Assembly: GCA_028697725.1 (NCBI GenBank)
Contig: JAQVEG010000001.1
Coordinates: 167,516-231,515 of the forward strand
DNA: 64,000 bases
Direction of reading: 5' to 3'
Source: Anaerostipes sp.
GTDB lineage: Bacteria; Bacillota; Clostridia; Lachnospirales; Lachnospiraceae
The first letter of the stretch is position 1. Each line of letters opens with the position of its first letter. The notes under the pieces are model-generated. The model did not search any database, was not told the DNA's origin, and saw only the letters and a list, made by a program, of their open reading frames with translations. Shown here in pieces: positions 17,549-28,075 of this stretch. Both the position numbers and the translations under genes were made by a program.

Positions 17549-18538
17549 ATGGCAGAGAAGATGACCATGGCAGATATTGCAGAAATGGCAGGGGTAGCCA
17601 AAAGTACAGTTTCCCGTTATTTTAATGGTGGTTATGTAAAAGAGGAAACAAAGGCGAAAATACAAAAGATAATAGAGGAGTATAATTATGTTCCCAATGC
17701 ATTTGCAAGATTGAATGCAAAGGAGATGAAAGTTATTGGTGTAGTTGTTCCGACTTTGAATTCAAAGATTACAAGCAGAGTCATTACCAGTATTGACCGA
17801 TATTTAAGGGAAAATGATTATACAACGCTTATTATGAACTCAGATCATGATATTGATCTTGAATTAGAAAATATTCGTCGTTTAATTCGCCAGAATGTAG
17901 ATGGAATTTTAATTAGTTCTATTGCTATTACAAAGGATCATAAGGAATTATTTCAAAAGACGAAAATTCCAATTGTGGTGTTGGCACAAGAATATGAAGA
18001 AGGAGTCTCTATTCTTGATGATGACTATAATGCTGGGAAGTTTGTTGGCGAATATGTAGGTAAAATGGGACATAGAAAAGTTGGATACATTGGAGTGTAT
18101 GAGACAGATACAGCAGTTGGAGTAAAGAGACGTGATGGAGTTTTAGATGGTCTTAAAAAATATGGAATCATGAATCCTTTGATTGGTAAGAGTGATTACA
18201 GTTTTATCGGAGGCCAAAAGGTAACCAAAGAGATTTTGGAGCAGGAAAAGGTAGATTGTATTATTTGTGCTACAGACCGTCTGGCATTTGGAGCATACAA
18301 GATTCTTCAAATGCAGGGGCTGAGAATTCCAGAAGATGTATCGGTGATTGGGTTTGGTGGCTATGATGAGAGCAGCCTATTGACTCCAGAATTGACGACA
18401 TTGAAATTCGATTCTTATGGAATGGGATACTTAGGAGCAGAGTCGATTCTCAAGATGTTAAAGGGAGAGGCTGTTTCAAAAAAGCAGATGGTAGAATATG
18501 AATTTATTCAAGGGAAAAGTGTAAAAGAACAGAATTAG
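17549..18538 (+). CDS. scrR: LacI-family sucrose operon repressor
   Basis: TMADIAEMAGVAKSTVSRYFN HTH; adjacent to the sucrose PTS, hydrolase and fructokinase genes. Confidence 0.85.
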   Translation: MAEKMTMADIAEMAGVAKSTVSRYFNGGYVKEETKAKIQKIIEEYNYVPNAFARLNAKEMKVIGVVVPTLNSKITSRVITSIDRYLRENDYTTLIMNSDHDIDLELENIRRLIRQNVDGILISSIAITKDHKELFQKTKIPIVVLAQEYEEGVSILDDDYNAGKFVGEYVGKMGHRKVGYIGVYETDTAVGVKRRDGVLDGLKKYGIMNPLIGKSDYSFIGGQKVTKEILEQEKVDCIICATDRLAFGAYKILQMQGLRIPEDVSVIGFGGYDESSLLTPELTTLKFDSYGMGYLGAESILKMLKGEAVSKKQMVEYEFIQGKSVKEQN

Positions 18539-18606
18539 CATAGAACAGGGAGAAAACAATGATTTTCCCTGTTCTTTTTACTATAAAATCGGTATGTTTA
18601 AAAAAT

Positions 18607-18681
18607 ATGAAACCGATTCCATAAAAAGTATTGACAAAACAGATAGATGGTATTAGAATACAAGTATGGAACCGATACCAC
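18607..18681 (+). promoter_or_regulatory. scr operon promoter flanked by two LacI-type operators
   Basis: TTGACA-17-TAGAAT (18631-18659); operators ATGAAACCGATTCCAT (18607-18622) and ATGGAACCGATACCAC (18666-18681). Confidence 0.75.
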
Positions 18682-18701
18682 ATTTTAGAAGGAGAGAAGA
18701 T

Positions 18702-20594
18702 ATGGATTATGCTAAAATAGCAAGTGAAGTTATTAAACATGTCGGAGGAAAAGAGAATATTCAATCTGTACAGCATTGTGCAACTAGATTGAGACTTCAG
18801 TTGAAGAACAATGATTTAAGAAATGAAGAAGCCGTTAGTGATATTGAGGGAGTAAAGGGAGTATTCTTAACACAATCTCAGTTTCAGATTATTTTTGGTT
18901 CAGGATTGGTGAACCTTGTATGTGATGAAGTTCAAAAACAATTAGGAAATATTGTTGAGACAGCAGATGAATCATCCAGCGAGAAAAAGGGGAATCCTTT
19001 GCAGCGTTTTGTAAAGATGCTAAGTGATATCTTTGTACCAATTATTCCTGCAATCGTAGCAGGTGGTTTATTAATGGGTCTGAATAATATCTTAACATCA
19101 GGACTATTTCATGGACAATCTGTTATCGAGTTATATCCACAATGGCAGGGATTAGCAGCAGCTATCAATACTTTTGCCAATGCACCATTTACATTTTTGC
19201 CAGTATTAATAGGTTTTAGTGCCACAAAGAAGTTTGGTGGAAATCCATTTCTAGGTGCCGCCATGGGTATGATTATGGTACATCCAGATTTGTTAAATGC
19301 CTATAGCATCGGACTTGAAACGGCACCTGTATGGAATATCTTTGGATTTAAGATTGCAGCCATTGGGTACCAGGGAACTGTTCTTCCAGTATTAGCAGTA
19401 TCCTTTATTTTAGCAACTATTGAAAAGAAATTACATAAAGTGACACCAACTTGGTTAGACAATTTAACGACACCATTGATATCAATTATGGTAACTGCAT
19501 TTTTAACATTTATCTGTGTAGGACCCGTTTTAAGAGAAGCTGGTAACTTATTAGCAACTGGAATTACATGGACATATAATACACTTGGATTTGCAGGTGG
19601 AGGATTATTCGGACTTGTATACGCTCCAATTACTTTGACAGGAATGCATCATAGTTTTATTGCAATTGAAACCCAGTTAATTGCTGACGTAGCACATACA
19701 GGGGGAAGCTTTATCTTTACAACAGCAAGTATGAATAATGTAGCACAGGGAGCAGCAGTTCTTGCCGTATTATTCTTAACAAAAAATGAAAAAATGAAAT
19801 CAATTTGTTCTGCATCTGGTATTTCAGCATTGCTTGGAATTACAGAGCCAGCTATGTTTGGTGTTACCTTGAAATTAAAATATCCATTTTATGCAGCTAT
19901 TATTGGTTCAGGAGTTGGGAGTGCATATTGTGCGGCAACAAGAGTTTTATCACAGGCATTAGGTGCTGCAGGTCTTCCAGGATTTATCTCAATGCTTCCA
20001 AAAGACTACATGAATTTTGGAATTGGACTAGTACTATCTATGGCAGTATCCGCAGGATTAACATTTGTATTTTGGAAGAAGTTTAATATTGAAGGGGAAG
20101 AGAAAGAAAAGCAGCCAGTGATTGAAGAAACATTATCAGATGACGTGGTTACAGAATTATACGCACCAATGAAAGGTGAAGTTGTATCAATCGAAGAAGC
20201 CAATGACCCAGCATTTGCAGCAAAAGCCATGGGAGATGGAGTTGCAGTAAATCCAGAAGAAGGGATTGTATATGCACCAGCAGATGGTAAAATCAGTTTG
20301 ATATTTCCAACGAAACATGCCATTGGAATTACCACAGATACGGGAATTGAATTATTGATTCATGCAGGAATTGATACTGTAAAGATGGAAGGTGAAGGTT
20401 TTGAAACTTTTATTCATACGGGAGATGTTGTGAAAAAGGGTGATAAAATCTTATCTTTTGATATGGACTTAGTGAAGGCAAAAGGATATCAAACACAGAC
20501 TATGTTTTTAATTGCAGATGCAAAAGGAAAAGAATTAGAAGTTATGCCAAATGCTAAGGCTTCTTTAGACTCAAAAGTCATGGTTTTAAAGTAG
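18702..20594 (+). CDS. scrA: PTS sucrose-specific EIIBCA
   Basis: EIIB HCATRLR, EIIC GITEPA, EIIA HAIG...LLIHAGIDT; ATG 18702 after a GGAG RBS. Confidence 0.9.
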   Translation: MDYAKIASEVIKHVGGKENIQSVQHCATRLRLQLKNNDLRNEEAVSDIEGVKGVFLTQSQFQIIFGSGLVNLVCDEVQKQLGNIVETADESSSEKKGNPLQRFVKMLSDIFVPIIPAIVAGGLLMGLNNILTSGLFHGQSVIELYPQWQGLAAAINTFANAPFTFLPVLIGFSATKKFGGNPFLGAAMGMIMVHPDLLNAYSIGLETAPVWNIFGFKIAAIGYQGTVLPVLAVSFILATIEKKLHKVTPTWLDNLTTPLISIMVTAFLTFICVGPVLREAGNLLATGITWTYNTLGFAGGGLFGLVYAPITLTGMHHSFIAIETQLIADVAHTGGSFIFTTASMNNVAQGAAVLAVLFLTKNEKMKSICSASGISALLGITEPAMFGVTLKLKYPFYAAIIGSGVGSAYCAATRVLSQALGAAGLPGFISMLPKDYMNFGIGLVLSMAVSAGLTFVFWKKFNIEGEEKEKQPVIEETLSDDVVTELYAPMKGEVVSIEEANDPAFAAKAMGDGVAVNPEEGIVYAPADGKISLIFPTKHAIGITTDTGIELLIHAGIDTVKMEGEGFETFIHTGDVVKKGDKILSFDMDLVKAKGYQTQTMFLIADAKGKELEVMPNAKASLDSKVMVLK

Positions 20595-20607
20595 GAAGGG
20601 AACATAA

Positions 20608-22074
20608 ATGTTTAAAAAGTATGAAAAGGTATTCAAAACTCAATATGATGACTGGTATCAAGGACAGTCAGATTATCGAAAAAAGGTTGCCAGTGATCCA
20701 CGAAGACTTAAGTTTCATCTTATGCCAAAGACAGGATGGTTAAATGATCCCAATGGGTTGTGCCAGTTTCATGGTGTGTACCATATTTATTATCAATATA
20801 CACCCTTTGAACCAATGGGAGAGCTTAAGATGTGGGGACATTATACAACGAAAGATTTTGTGACATACGAGGATGAAGGACCGGTACTATTTCCAGATAA
20901 TGATGGAGATGCCCATGGAGTCTACTCGGGTTCTGCATTTGTTAAAGATGACACTATTTATTATTACTATACAGGCAACATCAAGTATTTTGACAGAGAT
21001 GACTATGATTATATCAACCAGGGGCGAGGCAGTAATACCATACTTGTCACAAGCAAAGATGGATCCAATTTCACACCAAAAGAGATTTTAATGACCACAG
21101 ATGATTATCCACAAGATATGAGCAATCATGTTAGAGATCCAAAGATTTATCAACATGGAGATGATTACTATATGGTGTTAGGAGCTAGAGATCGTGAAAG
21201 TAAGGGCGTGGTGCTTATATATCGATCAAAGGATTTAAGAAATTGGGAGTACTATAATCGAATTACTACAAGTGAATCTTTTGGTTATATGTGGGAGTGT
21301 CCAGATTTGTTTGAACTTGATGGGAAATTAATTTTAAATTCCTGTCCTCAGGGTGTGGAGGCCCAAGGTATCGACTATGAAAATGTTCATCAATGTACAG
21401 CAATGGAGATGGACTATGACTTTGATAAAAACACCTATGAAATTAAGAGTATACATCTAGTAGACCGAGGATTTGACTTTTATGCACCACAGACTTTTGA
21501 AGATGAAAAAGGAAGACGAATTCTCATTGGCTGGATGGGAATTCCAGATGCAGATTATGTGAATCCAACAGTGGAAGATGGGTGGCAGCATGCATTGACA
21601 ATTCCAAGGCAGCTTCATATAAGAGATGGGAAATTAGTGCAAGAACCATTGGAAGAATTAAAACAACTTCGTGAAGATGATGGAACTGTATATGATTTTG
21701 GAGGGGAACAGGGACCTGTTTTAACAAATGACATATATGAAGCGTTCATTAGTTTTAAGAAATGCGAAAGTTTTTCTATGACATTGAGATATGGGGTGAC
21801 CCTAACCTATGAAGATCAAGTGCTTACCTTGAATTTGGGCGAATTTGGATGTGGGAGAAAAACAAGAAAGGTTCAAATAAAACAATTAGAGAACCTACAT
21901 ATCTTTGGAGATACTAGTTCTTTTGAGATTTTTGTGAACCATGGAGAAGAAGTCTTTACAACCAGAGTTTATAGTTTAGAAGGAAGAATCAATATAAAAG
22001 GAAAATGTGAAGGTACAATGACAGTATATCCTTTAAAATCATTTTCCATGGAAGGAGGATGCAATGAAGAATAA
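20608..22074 (+). CDS. scrB: Sucrose-6-phosphate hydrolase (GH32)
   Basis: WLNDPNG, RDP and WECP GH32 motifs. Confidence 0.92.
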   Translation: MFKKYEKVFKTQYDDWYQGQSDYRKKVASDPRRLKFHLMPKTGWLNDPNGLCQFHGVYHIYYQYTPFEPMGELKMWGHYTTKDFVTYEDEGPVLFPDNDGDAHGVYSGSAFVKDDTIYYYYTGNIKYFDRDDYDYINQGRGSNTILVTSKDGSNFTPKEILMTTDDYPQDMSNHVRDPKIYQHGDDYYMVLGARDRESKGVVLIYRSKDLRNWEYYNRITTSESFGYMWECPDLFELDGKLILNSCPQGVEAQGIDYENVHQCTAMEMDYDFDKNTYEIKSIHLVDRGFDFYAPQTFEDEKGRRILIGWMGIPDADYVNPTVEDGWQHALTIPRQLHIRDGKLVQEPLEELKQLREDDGTVYDFGGEQGPVLTNDIYEAFISFKKCESFSMTLRYGVTLTYEDQVLTLNLGEFGCGRKTRKVQIKQLENLHIFGDTSSFEIFVNHGEEVFTTRVYSLEGRINIKGKCEGTMTVYPLKSFSMEGGCNEE

Positions 22075-23047
22075 GTTATGTGGAATTGGTGAAGCGTTAA
22101 TTGATTTTATTCCAGATGTAAAGGGACAGCGGTTAAAAGATGTTCCATCTTTTACTAGAGTTGCAGGTGGAGCGCCGGCAAATGTAGTTGGTGCAGTTAC
22201 CAAACTTGGAATTCCCTCCAAGTTTTTGACCAAGCTTGGAGATGATCCTTTTGGAGATTACATTGTGGATGTATTAGAGGAAGCAGGGATTGATATATCA
22301 AACATTGAACGAGATAAGGAGGGGGAAACAGCCCTTGCCTTTGTATCTTTAGCATCTGACGGGAATCGAGATTTTAAATTTTACCGTAAAAACAGTGCTG
22401 ACTTAAGATACAGTGCCAAAGATATTCCAAAGGATGTTTTAAATGACTGTGGAATGATTCATTTTTGTAGTGTGGATTTGGTTGAATCTCCAATGAAAGA
22501 GGCTCACAAAAAGTTAGTCGAGATGGCAATTGAGGAAAATGTTCTAGTATCTTTTGATCCAAACCTTAGATTTTCTTTGTGGGATGATTTAAATGAGTTA
22601 AGAAAAACAGTCAATGAATTTATTCCAATGGCTGATATTGTAAAGATATCAGATGAGGAATTAGAATTTATTACAGGACATACAACCATACAGGATGCAG
22701 TGCCTGAGATTTTGAAAAAAGGTCGCTGTAAGTATGTGATTTACACCAAAGGGAAAGACGGAGCCGAAATCTATACAAAAGATGGAATGACATCTGCACC
22801 AGGATTTAAAGTTGAAGTAAGAGATACCACAGGAGCAGGAGATGCATTTATAGGAGCATTTTTGTATTGCCTGCTAAGAGATGAAGTGAAGGACTTAGAG
22901 GATGTAAGTTTTGATACATTGAGGGAGTATCTTGTGTTTGCCAATGGGTACGGGGCATACACAACAACAAAAGAAGGTGCACTTGCAGCTATGGCAGATC
23001 GGGAAGAGATGGAACCATGGATGGAAGAATTAAAGAAGAAATCTTGA
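22064..23047 (+). CDS. scrK: Fructokinase (PfkB family)
   Basis: GGAPANV, DPNLR, DTTGAGDAF. Confidence 0.88.
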   Translation: MKNKLCGIGEALIDFIPDVKGQRLKDVPSFTRVAGGAPANVVGAVTKLGIPSKFLTKLGDDPFGDYIVDVLEEAGIDISNIERDKEGETALAFVSLASDGNRDFKFYRKNSADLRYSAKDIPKDVLNDCGMIHFCSVDLVESPMKEAHKKLVEMAIEENVLVSFDPNLRFSLWDDLNELRKTVNEFIPMADIVKISDEELEFITGHTTIQDAVPEILKKGRCKYVIYTKGKDGAEIYTKDGMTSAPGFKVEVRDTTGAGDAFIGAFLYCLLRDEVKDLEDVSFDTLREYLVFANGYGAYTTTKEGALAAMADREEMEPWMEELKKKS

Positions 23048-23137
23048 GATAAAAACTGATTTGTGTTATACTCGGGAAAACGAAGGCGTTATGAGTATTG
23101 GACTCATGGCGCCTTTGTTTTATTTAGGAGGTTAAAT

Positions 23138-24316
23138 TTGGGCATTACATTGAATCAATTATATGAAAAGATAAAAAAGCAATTTAAAATGGAAGTATTA
23201 TCAGGGCAGAATAATATGAATGTAGAAGTTTCAGGTGTTTATTACATGGAGGATATTGATATATCTGCATGGACGAGAAGTGGTGAGTTGATTATGACAA
23301 CGGCTATGAAAACGGTGGAAAATCCAAAGTGGTTGCAAGAATTTATCGATAGCCTTCTTCCATATCATCCCAGTGGAATTCTTGTAAATACGGGAGGATA
23401 CTTGGAAGATATTTCACAGGATTTGATTGCCTATTGTGAAGAAAAACAACTGCCCCTGATTACATTTCCATGGCAAGTCTATCTTCAGGATGTAAATGAG
23501 AAAATCACAAATCTAATTTATCAGGAAAAGCAGAAGAAAAATGATATGGAGAACGGAATATTAAATGCTATCTTTGAGCCTGAAGTGGAAGAAGAGTATG
23601 AAGCCTGCATGAAGAAGCTAGGATTAGATCAATATAACGCAGTTTGTATATTGACAGTGCAACTAAAAGCAAAAGAAAAAGAAGCGATACTTTTATACTT
23701 TTGGAGGCTTATTTTGAAGCAATGGAATCGAGTATATGTAGTGGAAAATAAGGAGGAGCATATTTTTTTGTTTTATGGAACAAAGGATATAAAGCTAAAG
23801 GAAATTATATTAGCAGCTATAAAAGAGTGTAAAAAGACTTTTAATGTATTAGAAATTTCCATTGGAATGGGTACTTGGGTTTCTCATTACACCAAAATTC
23901 ATGATAGTTATGAGAAGGCACAGTTATGTAAAAAAATAAGTGTTCGTCAAAAAGAAGATATGATTGTTTTTGATGATTTAGAAATCGTTGGGCTGTTGAT
24001 GACTTGTAATCAAGAGATGCTGAAAGAGTACTATAGAAAGTATTTGGGGGACTTAGCTGTATATGATAAGGAAAATGGAACAGATTATATTCATGTGTTA
24101 GAGGCATACTTGAAATATAATGGAAGCAAAAGGGAGACAGCGCAAGAGCTTTTTGTTCATCGAAATACAGTAAGTTACAGATTAAAAAAGATAGAGGAAA
24201 TGCTGGATACGGATTTTAGTGACTTGAAGGAATTATTGAAATATCAAATGGCAGTTTATATTCCTTATTTTCTGGATATTGAATCAGATGAATTGTGCAG
24301 TGATACAAAAAAATAG
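23138..24316 (+). CDS. PucR-family transcriptional regulator
   Basis: N-terminal PucR ligand-binding domain (W...GELIMTTA), C-terminal HTH (TAQELFVHRNTVSYRL); TTG start after GGAGG. Confidence 0.85.
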   Translation: MGITLNQLYEKIKKQFKMEVLSGQNNMNVEVSGVYYMEDIDISAWTRSGELIMTTAMKTVENPKWLQEFIDSLLPYHPSGILVNTGGYLEDISQDLIAYCEEKQLPLITFPWQVYLQDVNEKITNLIYQEKQKKNDMENGILNAIFEPEVEEEYEACMKKLGLDQYNAVCILTVQLKAKEKEAILLYFWRLILKQWNRVYVVENKEEHIFLFYGTKDIKLKEIILAAIKECKKTFNVLEISIGMGTWVSHYTKIHDSYEKAQLCKKISVRQKEDMIVFDDLEIVGLLMTCNQEMLKEYYRKYLGDLAVYDKENGTDYIHVLEAYLKYNGSKRETAQELFVHRNTVSYRLKKIEEMLDTDFSDLKELLKYQMAVYIPYFLDIESDELCSDTKK

Positions 24317-24451
24317 GGATAGATTTGTAAACTGAAATATTGTCAAAAAATAAAAATCAACATATAATAAAACTTGTACAAAGGAGTGCAGCAGATTGCT
24401 GTGCTCCTTTTTTTGTAATTAAGGAGAATTAACAGCAGAAGAAAAGAAAGG

Positions 24452-25966
24452 ATGAGGAATATGACAGGATATATTATTATGGCAGTATTTGCCATTGTGT
24501 GTTTAAGTGTTTCTAGCTTTGTGGCAAAGAGATATTCAGGAGGAGGCGTTGATGATTTTGTGGCGGCAGGAAGAAGTATTCCATTTGGACTTGTCACAGC
24601 AAGTGTTATGGTTTCATGGGTCTGGACCATTACAATTATTGGTTCTGCGGAAGCTGGATTTAATTATGGAGTTTCTGGTGGAATGAACTATGCATGGGGA
24701 GCAGCAATACCATTTTTTGTATTTATACCATTGGTATTAACACTTCGCAGAAAAATGCCAAAGTGTACTACCTTTGTTGAATTTATTAAAGCTCGTTATG
24801 GATCGAAGGTTTCTCAGATATTTATTGTTTTTGCATTGGCACTTACATTTTATATCTTATTGTCTCAGGGTGTTGGAATGGGAGTTGTATTTAGTACTTT
24901 GTTTCATATGCCATATAAATTTGCAGCAGCGGTTCCGTTAATCATTATTGCAATGTATACTGCAAAGGCTGGGCTTCGTGGATCTATTGTCAATGATGTT
25001 ATTATGTTCTTTGTGATTGCGTTGATCTTTATTATTACTGTTCCATTGGTGTTAAAAACGCTGGGAATGGAAACAATTTATAACGGATTGAAGGATGTTG
25101 CAACTAATGTGTCAAATGTAAATCATAACAAAGATGCTTTAAATATGTTGTCAGGAACAGGATTTCGGTATGGGATTGTATCCATGGTAGTCTGTATGGG
25201 ACAGGTATTGCTTGATCAAGGTTACTATAGTAAAGCAGTGGCAACAGTTAGTAAAAAATCATTGTTAGTTTCTTATATAATTGGAACTGTTGTTGCGTGG
25301 CTTCCAATTCCAATTATCAGTGGAGTTGTATACGGTGGTGCAGCTCTTGGGGTTGGTGCAAGTGTAGGCGGAGGCCAATTGGCAACAACATCAGATGTGG
25401 CACCTTACATTATGCAGTTGGTATTTGGTGGTGGAATCGGATCCATTATGTTTGCGTTGATGATTTTTATGACAGGACTTACAACTGGTGGTGATATATT
25501 ATCGGGAGCACAGGCCATCTGTACTGTTGATATTTACAAAAAGTATGTAAATAAAAATGCAACAGAAAAGGAGCAGACAAGATTTGGACGCCGCATGACT
25601 ATTGTAATCGGACTCATTATGGCAGTTGTTGTGATGTATCTGGAAGGAAAATCAATTTTATCGCTGGATATCTTTAGTGGAATTATTTTTGCGGCTCCAT
25701 GTGCAGCATTTATTGCAGGATTAATTTGGGATAAAGTATCAAACAAAGTTGCGGTAGCTTCCATTTTCATTGGACTTGCCACAGGGATGATTGCGTACTT
25801 TGTGATTCCAGATGACAATATTAATTATTTTGTTGGAAATGTATGCTCTTTGTGCGTACCAATTCTGGTAATAATGATAGGTTCTTTCTTTACGAAAGAA
25901 AGATTTGACTTTGATATATTAAAGAAATATGAGCCAGATCATTTAGTAAATGTAGTCGAAGATTAA
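24452..25966 (+). CDS. Sodium:solute symporter family transporter (urea/DUR3-like)
   Basis: About 13 TM helices; DFVAAGRS, SWVWT and RYG motifs of the SSS family. Confidence 0.8.
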   Translation: MRNMTGYIIMAVFAIVCLSVSSFVAKRYSGGGVDDFVAAGRSIPFGLVTASVMVSWVWTITIIGSAEAGFNYGVSGGMNYAWGAAIPFFVFIPLVLTLRRKMPKCTTFVEFIKARYGSKVSQIFIVFALALTFYILLSQGVGMGVVFSTLFHMPYKFAAAVPLIIIAMYTAKAGLRGSIVNDVIMFFVIALIFIITVPLVLKTLGMETIYNGLKDVATNVSNVNHNKDALNMLSGTGFRYGIVSMVVCMGQVLLDQGYYSKAVATVSKKSLLVSYIIGTVVAWLPIPIISGVVYGGAALGVGASVGGGQLATTSDVAPYIMQLVFGGGIGSIMFALMIFMTGLTTGGDILSGAQAICTVDIYKKYVNKNATEKEQTRFGRRMTIVIGLIMAVVVMYLEGKSILSLDIFSGIIFAAPCAAFIAGLIWDKVSNKVAVASIFIGLATGMIAYFVIPDDNINYFVGNVCSLCVPILVIMIGSFFTKERFDFDILKKYEPDHLVNVVED

Positions 25967-25987
25967 GCAGAAATGGAGGAATGAATA

Positions 25988-26155
25988 ATGTTAAGTTTTG
26001 AAGCGTTTCGCATGTTTATAATAGTTGTTTATGTTTGGTTTGTAATAGGTGCAGGAATTATTGGAGTTTTTGCAGCAAAAGAACTTGCAATCTTAATTCG
26101 TGGAAAGAAAGAAGTAAAGGCAGAGGGGAGCAGTGAATTAAAATATGAAGTGTAA
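25988..26155 (+). CDS. 55-aa single-TM small protein (absent from the ORF track)
   Basis: GGAGGA RBS 7 nt upstream; MLSFEAFRMFIIVVYVWFVIGAGIIGVFAAKELAILIRGKKEVKAEGSSELKYEV; overlaps the start of the next gene. Confidence 0.6.
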   Translation: MLSFEAFRMFIIVVYVWFVIGAGIIGVFAAKELAILIRGKKEVKAEGSSELKYEV

Positions 26156-26957
26156 TGTTGTTTGTATTCAGACAGAACCAAAAATGTATGAAAAGCAGAA
26201 AAATCTCGCTGCTATGGAGAGAATGTTAGAAGAGGCAGTAAAAAAATATTCTGATGTGGACCTTGTGGTATTTCCAGAGCTTTGTGTGACGGGATATCAA
26301 TGCGGAGATAAATTCTATGAATTGGCAGAAAAACCAGAAGACGCTTCAGAATCTGTGGCATTTATGAGTTGTTTGGCAAGGAAATATGGAGTTCATATTA
26401 TTTATGGAATGGCAGAACAAGATATGGAAAAGAAAGAAGTGATTTATAATTCCCAGTTCTTTATTGATGACGAGGGAGAACTTCTAGGAACCTATCATAA
26501 AGTACATTTATTTGCTTCAGAAAAGGCATTTTTTACACCAGGAGATGAGTTCAAGGTATTTGATACGAAGATTGGAAGAATTGGCTTGTTTATCTGTTAT
26601 GATGCTTTCTTCCCAGAAGCAGCCAGATGTCTAGCTGTTCAAGGGGTTGATTTGCTTGTTAATAGCACAAACTGGGAGAAACCATATGATTATGATATGG
26701 ATATGGTTATGGCGGCGAGAGCATTGGAAAATACAGTTTATCTTGCATGTTGTAATCGAATTGGAGAAGATACAACCCTTGGATTCTTTGGACATACACG
26801 AATCCTAAATCCATTAGGTCAGGTGATTTCAAAAGTAGAAGGTGAAGTAGAGGACATTATTTATGCAAGTCTGGACTACGAAAAGGCAAAGCAGATGAAA
26901 GTAGATTACTATACAATGCTGACGGAACGAAGACCAGAAGTGTATGAAATGATGTAG
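26145..26957 (+). CDS. Carbon-nitrogen hydrolase (nitrilase/amidase family)
   Basis: Glu-Lys-Cys triad: FPEL, YHKVHL, ICYD. Confidence 0.9.
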   Translation: MKCNVVCIQTEPKMYEKQKNLAAMERMLEEAVKKYSDVDLVVFPELCVTGYQCGDKFYELAEKPEDASESVAFMSCLARKYGVHIIYGMAEQDMEKKEVIYNSQFFIDDEGELLGTYHKVHLFASEKAFFTPGDEFKVFDTKIGRIGLFICYDAFFPEAARCLAVQGVDLLVNSTNWEKPYDYDMDMVMAARALENTVYLACCNRIGEDTTLGFFGHTRILNPLGQVISKVEGEVEDIIYASLDYEKAKQMKVDYYTMLTERRPEVYEMM

Positions 26958-26999
26958 ATATAGGCTACCATAAAAAATAGAAATAATTAATGAGTAAGT

Positions 27000-27044
27000 A
27001 AGGTACAGTGTCATTTTTGTTAGATGACATTGTACCTTGTTTTT
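27000..27044 (+). terminator. Rho-independent terminator
   Basis: AAGGTACAGTGTCAT ... ATGACATTGTACCTT plus a T-run. Confidence 0.8.
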
Positions 27045-27179
27045 AAGTACAGTGATAAAAGAAAGATTTTAGAAATTTAAGAAGGAAATAAGTTTCTGCG
27101 TTGACGATATTAAAGTTTCGCTATAGAATACAATTAATAGAATAATTTAGATTTTATGTTTCTGGAAAGGTGAGTCAAT

Positions 27180-28073
27180 ATGAGTGATTATGTAATTAGT
27201 TGTTGTTCTACTGCGGATTTAAGCGCAGAGCATTTTTTTAATAGAGATATTAAGTATGTTTGTTTTCATTTTGAATTAGATGGGAAGGAATACCTAGATG
27301 ATTTGGGTCAGTCTGTACCACTCCTAGATTTTTATCAGGAGATGCAAGAGGGTGCTATGACAAAAACATCACAGGTAAATGCAGAAGAATTTATAGAATT
27401 TTTTGAACCTTTTTTGAAGGAAGGAAAGGATATTCTTCATGTGTGTCTTTCCAGTGGACTTTCTGGCGTCATGAATTCTGCTGTGATTGCAAAAGATGAA
27501 TTAGAAGAAAGGTATCCAGATAGGAAAATTTATATTGTGGATTCTCTAGGGGCATCTTCAGGATATGGACTTCTTATGGATAAACTGGCAGATCTTAGAG
27601 ATGCAGGAATGAATATGGAAGATTTGTGTGACTGGGCCAATGTACACAGTTTAGAAGTACATCATTGGTTCTTTTCTACAGATTTGGAGTTTTATATTCG
27701 AGGCGGACGTATTTCAAAGACGTCGGGAGCCATAGGTGGAGTTTTTGGAATTTGTCCATTGCTTAACATGAATAGGGAAGGGGCTTTAGTTTATAGAAAG
27801 AAGGTTCGTACAAAGAAAAAAGTAATAAAAGAGATTGTGGAGCAGATGAAAGAACACGCAGTTGATGGAGAAAATTATAGTGGAAAATGCTATGTTTCTC
27901 AGGCTGCCTGTTATGATGACGCTGAGAAGGTAGCAAAGCTAGTGGAAGAGACATTCCCAAAGTTGGATGGGAAGGTTGAGATATATGATATTGGAACTAC
28001 CATTGGAAGCCATACAGGGCCAGGAACTGTTGCATTATTTTTCTGGGGAGATAAAAGAACAGAGGGGAATTAG
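27180..28073 (+). CDS. DegV-family fatty-acid-binding protein
   Basis: STADL, KTSQ, LSSGLSG, DSLGAS, RGGRIS and IGSHTGPG motifs. Confidence 0.9.
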   Translation: MSDYVISCCSTADLSAEHFFNRDIKYVCFHFELDGKEYLDDLGQSVPLLDFYQEMQEGAMTKTSQVNAEEFIEFFEPFLKEGKDILHVCLSSGLSGVMNSAVIAKDELEERYPDRKIYIVDSLGASSGYGLLMDKLADLRDAGMNMEDLCDWANVHSLEVHHWFFSTDLEFYIRGGRISKTSGAIGGVFGICPLLNMNREGALVYRKKVRTKKKVIKEIVEQMKEHAVDGENYSGKCYVSQAACYDDAEKVAKLVEETFPKLDGKVEIYDIGTTIGSHTGPGTVALFFWGDKRTEGN

Positions 28074-28075
28074 GT

